This document shows positions 25,667 to 32,000 of a stretch of 32,000 nucleotides of DNA, piece after piece. The position numbers and the translations under genes are program-made. Position 1 is the first letter of the stretch; the number at the start of each line of letters is the position of its first letter. Source of the DNA: a virus; IMG/VR virus record IMGVR_UViG_3300029874_000018, positions 1 through 32,000 of that record; one strand, given 5' to 3'. The notes under the pieces are model-generated. The model saw nothing but the letters and a program-made list of their open reading frames with translations, was not told the origin of the DNA and searched no databases.

Positions 25667-25800
25667 AGGCACTTGCCGTCATCCGAAAGGGTGGCGGCAT
25701 TTTTTTGTTGAGCCATTGCTCAAACATCGAGATTCCTCATGTGGGATATAGCGTTTTGTACAGATATATGCTATAATTGGCACAAAAAGGAGGAACCGAC

Positions 25801-26181
25801 ATGGCAGAAAATAATAACAACGGTGGCAAAAACACTAATATCATCACCAAAATTAACGATACCATTTCCAAAGTCCTGGGCGATTTCCCGCCCGTTGTTC
25901 AGACAATCGCAAAAATCGTTGTCTTCGGTGGGCTCATCCTGCTTATCGCCAAAGCCATCGGCTATATTTTCCCGGTTATTGTGAACGTTCTTTTCAACCT
26001 CTTAGTCAAAATCGTTGGCTTCTGCATTCTGGCAGCCTTTCTTTACGGCTGCTGGTACGAGGTAAAACTGCAAATGACTCGCGATGAAAACTCCTTCCTG
26101 CTGAATGAACGACTCAAGTATCAGAAAAAAGAGTATGAGGAGCGCGAACGCAGGAGACAAGAGAGAGACAACAGACGCTAA
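25801..26181 (+). CDS. small membrane protein
   Basis: AAAAGGAGG SD before ATG 25801; two or more hydrophobic segments and a charged tail. Confidence 0.75.
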   Translation: MAENNNNGGKNTNIITKINDTISKVLGDFPPVVQTIAKIVVFGGLILLIAKAIGYIFPVIVNVLFNLLVKIVGFCILAAFLYGCWYEVKLQMTRDENSFLLNERLKYQKKEYEERERRRQERDNRR

Positions 26182-26238
26182 AATACTACAACACACAAGC
26201 TGTCCAGCTTCGGCTGGGCAGCTTTTTTTGTTTTCCTA

Positions 26239-26266
26239 TTGCAGGTTCTTGCGAATTGCATACCAT
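26239..26266 (+). promoter_or_regulatory. tripartite phage promoter, copy 10
   Basis: TTGCAG-N4-TTGCGA-N6-TACCAT. Confidence 0.65.
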
Positions 26267-26290
26267 GAAATTTGTAGAAAGGAGTTTCTC

Positions 26291-26539
26291 ATGAAAACAC
26301 TCGAATCGATTTTCAGTAGAACTGCACAGTTTGGCTTTCTCATTTATCTGACCGGCTGCTTTGGCCTGTTGATTGTTTTAGGCGCTGCAGTCGCAAAATG
26401 GCTTAAACTCATCGACGTAATTCAATATATTGCCTTTGCTTTTGGACTTGGACTCCTCACTTTGCTTATCGGCGTGGTGGGTCTCTCACTCCTCGGCATT
26501 AGGCAAAACCGCAAACATAAGGAGGCAAAACGCGTATGA
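26291..26539 (+). CDS. small two-TM membrane protein
   Basis: AAAGGAG SD before the in-frame ATG within ORF 26105-26539; MKTLESIFSRTAQFGFLIYLTGCFGLLIVLGAAVAKWLKL... Confidence 0.7.
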   Translation: MKTLESIFSRTAQFGFLIYLTGCFGLLIVLGAAVAKWLKLIDVIQYIAFAFGLGLLTLLIGVVGLSLLGIRQNRKHKEAKRV

Positions 26540-27750
26540 GTAAAAAGATTATCAATATCACCGCAGCTGCCATGGCACTCGCCGTGACACTTTCCGGCTG
26601 CGCCACAGCTGTGGTTCAGGAACGGAAAGACCAGGCGGCTGCAGCGGCAAGTGCCGAAGCAGCACAGGCTGCCGTCACAGCAACGCCGGAACCGACAGCA
26701 GAACCGACCCCGGAACCCATCAATGCCTGGTCTTTGTTATCGAATCTCCCGGATTTCACGCCCGGCACGCTGGACAATCCTGACACTACCTGGCCGGACG
26801 GCATTCCGATGGGACAGAGCCCTCTGTCTTATGATGACGGCGGCAAGTTTTATTCGCTGCGAAGTGTTGATACCGGCAAAACGCTGGATATCACGGACGT
26901 TGCATTACAGGATGTCCGAGATTTGCCTGTAAAGGGATATCTGAAACTGAACGAACTCGAAAACGGCGATACAGTCATTGGTGAAATCAATGCCGAATCT
27001 ACAGGCGAAGGCGTGGAAAAGGAAATCAGCGATTTCTCAATTCACACTGCCAGCAAAGAAGATGGCTGCGACTATTATCCGATTGGATATAACGGCGGTT
27101 CACTGACCTTGATGCTGGACGGTCGTGCAGCCAATGATGATGGCATCAATATCGGCGATGCGTTCCTTGACGGCCTCTATTATTCGTCTGTCACTCCGGA
27201 CAAATTCGACGGCTATCCAACTGACGGAGAACCGAAAGAGCAGTTCAACTTCCTGTATGGCTTGTTTGGCAATCCGTCCGGGCTTTATTGGACGAACAAC
27301 GATTCTGTCGCTTTCGATTCCAGCAAGCAGTACCGTACTTTCGAGGATTTCCGGGATGCGCACTATGATGTCGAAATTGGCGACAAGAACTTCTATCTGG
27401 TTTGGAACTATGACGGCTATAGTGTTGTCGCAGCATGCAATGATACCTTTGACAGCGCCGATGTAAAAGGCACTGCCATTCGAGATGTCTATCTGTTCCC
27501 GCACATGACGGAAACCAAGTACCTGGTTGAGAATTCCGGCAGCCTGATTAGCGGTTATCTGGGTTATGGTGAAGCACCCGTCATCTTGACTGGTACATAC
27601 GCATCAGTCAACAGTGATTCGACTGTCGAACAGGATACAAGCGCGGAAGAAAACACCGACGCTGAATCTGGTGACAATTCCATGGCGGACGAAAACGCTG
27701 AGTCCAGTTCCGATGATAACAGCGACAGTTCGGAAAATTCCGATTCTTAA
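26536..27750 (+). CDS. predicted lipoprotein with acidic C-terminal tail
   Basis: Signal peptide with lipobox AVTLSGC; C-terminus rich in Asp/Glu/Ser/Asn. Confidence 0.8.
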   Translation: MSKKIINITAAAMALAVTLSGCATAVVQERKDQAAAAASAEAAQAAVTATPEPTAEPTPEPINAWSLLSNLPDFTPGTLDNPDTTWPDGIPMGQSPLSYDDGGKFYSLRSVDTGKTLDITDVALQDVRDLPVKGYLKLNELENGDTVIGEINAESTGEGVEKEISDFSIHTASKEDGCDYYPIGYNGGSLTLMLDGRAANDDGINIGDAFLDGLYYSSVTPDKFDGYPTDGEPKEQFNFLYGLFGNPSGLYWTNNDSVAFDSSKQYRTFEDFRDAHYDVEIGDKNFYLVWNYDGYSVVAACNDTFDSADVKGTAIRDVYLFPHMTETKYLVENSGSLISGYLGYGEAPVILTGTYASVNSDSTVEQDTSAEENTDAESGDNSMADENAESSSDDNSDSSENSDS

Positions 27751-27766
27751 TTCTAAAAAATAGTTA

Positions 27767-27794
27767 TTGCGTATTCGTGCGAAACGCATACAAT
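27767..27794 (+). promoter_or_regulatory. tripartite phage promoter, copy 11
   Basis: TTGCGT-N4-GTGCGA-N6-TACAAT. Confidence 0.75.
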
Positions 27795-27799
27795 AAAAA

Positions 27800-27882
27800 T
27801 TGTATGATAGATAACAGCACACATACGCTATAATTTCACAATTCTGAGAAGCAGACTATCCGTTTGGAGGTCTGCTTTTTTT
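27800..27882 (+). promoter_or_regulatory. leader with TTGTATGATAGATAACA box plus intrinsic terminator
   Basis: Box at 27800-27816; AGCAGAC...GTCTGCT-TTTTTT at 27850-27882. Confidence 0.6.
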
Positions 27883-27946
27883 GTTGGAATTTTGCGGTGC
27901 TTTGCTGACGTTTATCATAACTAAACACTACAAGGAGAAATAAAGG

Positions 27947-28270
27947 ATGACCGTAACGAACACTGTAACAGAAACAGAACACTTAACTCCCCTGCGTTCC
28001 GCTGTAGAGCACATCAACTGGAATACTTTGTACCAGCAGAAAATGGCTCTCGAAGAAGTCTCTGACATGCTCTATGCCAAGAGAAAAGAGGATGACACGT
28101 TTGGCAAGGCTTCCGCCTGGCTCGAAAGCGTCATTGCACTCATGGAACGCTTGGGGGATGCAGCAGAAGAGGAAGGAAAGTTTGATTATCCCGAACGGGA
28201 CGAAAACGATGAACATCTGGATAACAGGTTCAATCATGTGTTGAATCAGTACCCGGATGTGGATATCTGA
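27947..28270 (+). CDS. hypothetical protein
   Basis: AAGGAG-type SD, 107 aa. Confidence 0.75.
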   Translation: MTVTNTVTETEHLTPLRSAVEHINWNTLYQQKMALEEVSDMLYAKRKEDDTFGKASAWLESVIALMERLGDAAEEEGKFDYPERDENDEHLDNRFNHVLNQYPDVDI

Positions 28271-28291
28271 CCAGTTCATATCAGGAGGACA

Positions 28292-28537
28292 ATGATGCGG
28301 ATTAACAGCAGTTGTGTGCTTCACAGCACCACGAGTCTCAACGCAAGAGTTCTTCCGCTCATTGGACGGGTCGGAACTCTTGAGCTGTCAAGTGGGCAGC
28401 CACTCGTATTCAAAACAACAACACCAAAACAACAAGACATTCTGCGTACCAGCACAGTAAAAGCTATTGGCTTTGCAGGAAGCAGAATTTTTGTCAAAAC
28501 CGAAAGAGGAACCCAATACACATTTGAATTCCAATAA
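28292..28537 (+). CDS. hypothetical protein
   Basis: AGGAGG SD, 81 aa. Confidence 0.6.
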   Translation: MMRINSSCVLHSTTSLNARVLPLIGRVGTLELSSGQPLVFKTTTPKQQDILRTSTVKAIGFAGSRIFVKTERGTQYTFEFQ

Positions 28538-28617
28538 CACCCAAGCGGCCACTAATCTCATTTTTTATAGATTGGCGGCCGCTATTATTTTTATCAATTT
28601 GAAAGGAAGTTTTTATC

Positions 28618-29502
28618 ATGAATTTCATCAATGCCGCCACCAAGAAAGAACGCACCCATGTAGAAGAAATCATCAAGTCTCAGCCTGCTATGCCTCATGA
28701 AGGCATAACTGCCACTGAGATTGGTATTTGCGGCAAGCAGAATCTTTTCATGGACGTTTATCGCCCGGATAACGATGCCGAAAAGCATCCGATTATCATC
28801 GATATCCATGGCGGCGGCTTGATTGCTGGCCGAAAAGAACAGAACCGGAACCTGGCAACCTGGTTTGCCAAAGAAGGGTATCTCACCTTTGTTCCGGATT
28901 ACCGTCTGGTTCCTGAAACCAATGTTTTCGGTCAAATCACCGATGTCATCAATGCGTTTGCTACTGTAGCTGAACGCGCTGAAGACTTCGGTGGTGACTT
29001 GAATCAGGTCTTTGTAGTTGCCGACAGCGCTGGCGCATTCCTTGCCTGCATGGCAAGCTCTATTCTCCGCTATCCTGTCAAGATGCAGCCGGTAGAGGAC
29101 GAACTGGAAGAGAACGTACCCGAGGCAGCCAAGAAGCTCGTCATCAACGCGATGGGCCTGCAGAGCGGTATGTATTACATCTACAAGGGCCAGGTAGGTT
29201 TGCTTCAGAACTACTATATGTCTAAGGGCTGGAAGAATCACAGTTATGCTGAGTTCATCAAGCCTGAAACCTATTCCAAACTCATCCCCCCGTGCTATAT
29301 CTGCACCGGGAAAAAGGACTTTCTCAAGAAACAGACTTTTGGGTTTAAGAAATGCCTCGAAAACGAGCGCGTTCACCACGACTACGGTTTTGTTTCCAAG
29401 AGAGAAACGGTCCATGCTTTTGCAGCGCTCTATCCTGAGACTGAATCTGCAGTCGGTGTGAACCGCGAGATGATTCGATTCTTTGACACCTTCAAAAAAT
29501 AA
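28618..29502 (+). CDS. alpha/beta hydrolase (esterase/lipase-type, HGGG family)
   Basis: IIIDIHGGGLIAG oxyanion motif, VVADSAGAFLA nucleophile elbow, ETVHAFAA C-terminal His region. Confidence 0.88.
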   Translation: MNFINAATKKERTHVEEIIKSQPAMPHEGITATEIGICGKQNLFMDVYRPDNDAEKHPIIIDIHGGGLIAGRKEQNRNLATWFAKEGYLTFVPDYRLVPETNVFGQITDVINAFATVAERAEDFGGDLNQVFVVADSAGAFLACMASSILRYPVKMQPVEDELEENVPEAAKKLVINAMGLQSGMYYIYKGQVGLLQNYYMSKGWKNHSYAEFIKPETYSKLIPPCYICTGKKDFLKKQTFGFKKCLENERVHHDYGFVSKRETVHAFAALYPETESAVGVNREMIRFFDTFKK

Positions 29503-29517
29503 CAAGGAGCATATTTT

Positions 29518-29928
29518 ATGACTCACAACGAAATGGTTCATGGTCTCTGCACGCAGGAGACTATTATCGTACAGGACTTTGCTGAACTGATACGATTCAC
29601 GCTCGATGCCAATGAAGAAGTCATCTACGACGGATGGATTAACGTCTACGTCCCTATCTGGTTCGATGCAGACAAAGCATTTGGCCTTGATTTGAACTCA
29701 GAAGAAAATGCAGATTGGATTAACATGTACATTGACTGGCATCCGGACGATACCATTCGTACATACATTTCCTACTGCAACAATTCCACCGATGACCCCG
29801 ACTTCAATCTCGAAATCATCATGAGTCCTCGCCATCAGGAGCTGTTCAACGCTCGTTTCGAAGAACAGTTCAAGGCTGCTTATCACATGAGTGTCGAAGA
29901 AGCGTGGGCTAAATTCGGCACCGAATAA
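29518..29928 (+). CDS. hypothetical protein
   Basis: AAGGAG SD, 136 aa. Confidence 0.8.
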   Translation: MTHNEMVHGLCTQETIIVQDFAELIRFTLDANEEVIYDGWINVYVPIWFDADKAFGLDLNSEENADWINMYIDWHPDDTIRTYISYCNNSTDDPDFNLEIIMSPRHQELFNARFEEQFKAAYHMSVEEAWAKFGTE

Positions 29929-29950
29929 TATAGTGAGGAGATATATCATG

Positions 29951-30436
29951 GCACGTAAAGAAATCAAAATTTTCATGGACGCCAAGGAAGCTGCCAGTTT
30001 CCTGAAAACTATCGATTGGTCCTGGCTGTTCGGCTTTCTCAGTGAGCGCTATAACGTTTCGCTCAGCCCTCACAAAGAGCTGAAAGACAACGGCGCAGCA
30101 ATCATCAAGGTCGAATGGCCTGATGAACTGATTGAAAAGTGCGGAATGATGGCTGATGTCTTCTCGTCAGTCAAGCTCGTCACATTTGATTCGTGTTTCA
30201 AGCAAGTCGTGGAATACGATGAAGATAAATTCAATGAAGAACGTGAATCATGGTTTACCAATCCGACAAAGACGTTCAGCTATCTCGATTGCGATGGCGT
30301 CGTCAAGGAACGGACTCTTGCGCTGAACATTTCCCTTCGTTATACGCTGTATGACGGAGGCTATAATTTCGCAACACTGCTCTATGCGGTTTATTCCGAC
30401 GTGAACGGCTGGACTGTACAGATGAAGAAGGAGTAA
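29951..30436 (+). CDS. hypothetical protein
   Basis: GAGGAG SD before in-frame ATG 29951, 161 aa. Confidence 0.8.
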   Translation, partial: ARKEIKIFMDAKEAASFLKTIDWSWLFGFLSERYNVSLSPHKELKDNGAAIIKVEWPDELIEKCGMMADVFSSVKLVTFDSCFKQVVEYDEDKFNEERESWFTNPTKTFSYLDCDGVVKERTLALNISLRYTLYDGGYNFATLLYAVYSDVNGWTVQMKKE

Positions 30437-30441
30437 TAGCA

Positions 30442-30984
30442 ATGGTTGAAATGGCATTTAAGGTAAATCCCGGCACCACTTTCTACAAGAATTATTTCGC
30501 GACAAAGGAGGAAAAAGCGCATTTCATTGAAATTGCAAAGCAGTTCTTCGACAAATATTTCCCTGATGAGAAGCTTTCGTATGTTTTGAATGACCGACTG
30601 ACTGTTGATTTGAAACCGGAACTGCTCGCCAAATACGAATCCCAGGTTATGAAACGCCGTGACCCTCACGGGTTTGTTGTCTTCAAGCAGCGTTCGCCCA
30701 TGAATTGCTTGTGGGAAGATGAAGTCTGCAAGAACGTAAACGGCAAGAAGTTCCTCGCCAATCAGTTTTGGTGGGCCGATTTTCACGGTGAAGGACGTAT
30801 TACCACAGAGCTTTGGGATGATGAGCAGGGGAATGTTTATGGGTATTACTCCTCTGAATTTTCTTCCTGCATCACCAAGACTCCGGACACCGCTACGCAG
30901 ATTAAGCTGAGTGAATACCACGCAGCCTATGAAGCATACACGGAGGCCAAAAAAGCAAAGACCGACGCCGCTGCTACAGCTTGA
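30442..30984 (+). CDS. hypothetical protein
   Basis: AAGAAGGAG SD, 180 aa. Confidence 0.8.
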   Translation: MVEMAFKVNPGTTFYKNYFATKEEKAHFIEIAKQFFDKYFPDEKLSYVLNDRLTVDLKPELLAKYESQVMKRRDPHGFVVFKQRSPMNCLWEDEVCKNVNGKKFLANQFWWADFHGEGRITTELWDDEQGNVYGYYSSEFSSCITKTPDTATQIKLSEYHAAYEAYTEAKKAKTDAAATA

Positions 30985-31008
30985 CGCTGCTTGCGATGCC
31001 GTTAAAAT
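30981..31008 (+). promoter_or_regulatory. tripartite phage promoter, copy 12
   Basis: TTGACG-N4-TTGCGA-N6-TAAAAT. Confidence 0.75.
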
Positions 31009-31109
31009 TGTGAATGTACGATAGATAACATCTGCGCATTTTAGCGCTCGTACAATTCACAAACTGACACATTAGGCAGACTCATCTTCACGATGGGCCT
31101 GCTTTTTTT
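31008..31109 (+). promoter_or_regulatory. structured leader (three-way-junction candidate) plus intrinsic terminator
   Basis: TTGTGAA-TGTACGA-T-AGAT-AAC-ATCT-GCGC-ATTTTA-GCGC-TCGTACA-A-TTCACAA, then GGCAGACTC...GGGCCTGC-TTTTTTT. Confidence 0.7.
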
Positions 31110-31130
31110 GTTTGAAAAGGAGTAAAAAGC

Positions 31131-31700
31131 ATGAACACAAAACGAATCAAAGAACTGGCTGCGCTGACCGATGGTGAACTTGCAAGGAAACTTCTCATCC
31201 AGGAGTTTGGCAATGACTCTGAAGCTCACTGGGGAAACAACGCACACGATGAACGTGTGATGGTTACTATTAACCCAGACGGAATCGCTCAAAGAACCTG
31301 GGAAGCCGACCATTGGGTTCGACTTGACGAGTTCGATAAAGACGGCTTCTATGCCCGTGAGATTTACGAAGGGAAATGGGGCGATGAGCCATTGCCCAAA
31401 AACGTCATTGCACGAAATGTCACAATTGCTTCACCGAAACCTATTCAGCAGGAATCCAAAGACACTGAAATTCTTCGAGCGGCACAAGTCCTGTGCAAGC
31501 AGCTGACCGGAGATGACACCTTTGGATGGAATCCTGAGCTTCTTGCACAGATTGCGGATTGCACGGCAGCTTTGCTTGCCACCAACGGAATCAGCTCTCA
31601 TTTTCCGAGCGCCAATACTGAACCCATCTGCTCTTGGGAAAAGCCGGTCGTCGAATATCAGCGTCCGGATTACGCCCTGGAGTATGGTACTAACTACTAA
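31131..31700 (+). CDS. hypothetical protein
   Basis: AAAAGGAG SD, 189 aa. Confidence 0.8.
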   Translation: MNTKRIKELAALTDGELARKLLIQEFGNDSEAHWGNNAHDERVMVTINPDGIAQRTWEADHWVRLDEFDKDGFYAREIYEGKWGDEPLPKNVIARNVTIASPKPIQQESKDTEILRAAQVLCKQLTGDDTFGWNPELLAQIADCTAALLATNGISSHFPSANTEPICSWEKPVVEYQRPDYALEYGTNY

Positions 31701-31715
31701 AACGAGGAGGATATC

Positions 31716-32000
31716 ATGGCAAAAAACTATTTTGGTGTCGTTCTGACTACCAAGGAACACGATAAATATCGTCTTGTAGTATACCGCTACAAGGACCCTG
31801 GCATCCTTAATACCTGCCCGATGTGTCAGCTGCTTCGGGCCATTCACAAATTCCAGCAGGAATACGCTGAAATTCACCGCGAACATTGCAGCCGTATCCC
31901 GCCTCGCAAGTGGTACGAGCTTGGCAGAGTAATGCCGAGTATCGTTCTGCGGAAATACGGCCTGGAAAAGCATTACGAGATGTCATTTGAGCCGAGTCGC
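31716..32000 (+). CDS. hypothetical protein, partial at window edge
   Basis: GAGGAGG SD before ATG 31716; MAKNYFGVVLTTKEHDKYRLVVYRYKDPGILNTCPMCQLLRAIHKF... open to window end. Confidence 0.75.
   Translation, partial: MAKNYFGVVLTTKEHDKYRLVVYRYKDPGILNTCPMCQLLRAIHKFQQEYAEIHREHCSRIPPRKWYELGRVMPSIVLRKYGLEKHYEMSFEPSR

Noticed and set aside
24269-25672. 467-aa minus-strand ORF
   Set aside because: Shadow of the GHKL protein gene; the + strand frame has motifs, SD and operon context.
25750-25777. TATAAT box upstream of 25801 as another tripartite promoter
   Set aside because: Has a good -10 but no TGCGA at the required position and no matching TTG box; it may be an ordinary host-type promoter.
28594-29541. 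315-aa minus-strand ORF
   Set aside because: Antisense to the alpha/beta hydrolase with intact catalytic motifs.

Overview
The window reads like a segment of a large phage (or phage-like/plasmid-like element) of a Gram-positive, Clostridia-type host. That host assignment is inference from overall character, not from a database search. It holds about 40 tightly packed CDSs, nearly all on the + strand, and most are uncharacterised. Recognisable content: the C-terminal end of a Zn-ribbon protein; a RelA/SpoT(MESH1)-like HD hydrolase; 14 tRNA genes (561-4081); XRE and other small HTH proteins; an IscB-type OMEGA nuclease with a structured upstream putative omegaRNA and IS200/IS605-type hairpin ends; an ASCH-domain-like protein; a membrane-anchored tail-tip-lysozyme-like protein; a DUF5684-like membrane protein; NAD-dependent DNA ligase (LigA); a GHKL ATPase; a lipoprotein; and an alpha/beta hydrolase. 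The strongest unusual signals are: (1) a rigid tripartite promoter, TTGNNN-N4-[G/T]TGCGA-N6-TAnnAT, found 12 times in intergenic gaps; (2) a conserved leader starting at the predicted +1 of several of these promoters that can fold into a three-way junction, with compensatory changes between copies, followed by an intrinsic terminator before the SD/ORF; (3) a small membrane-protein ORF (23637-24005) with a strong SD and two in-frame TAG codons, in a window where TAG is almost never used as a stop, suggesting amber reassignment; (4) an IscB whose RuvC-I Asp reads Ser and whose HNH Asn reads Glu, so possibly a nuclease-impaired OMEGA effector; (5) four dispersed copies of a CCGCCTAA...TATAGACGG hairpin; (6) phage tRNA-Leu genes with short variable loops and three tRNAs with C at position 33.
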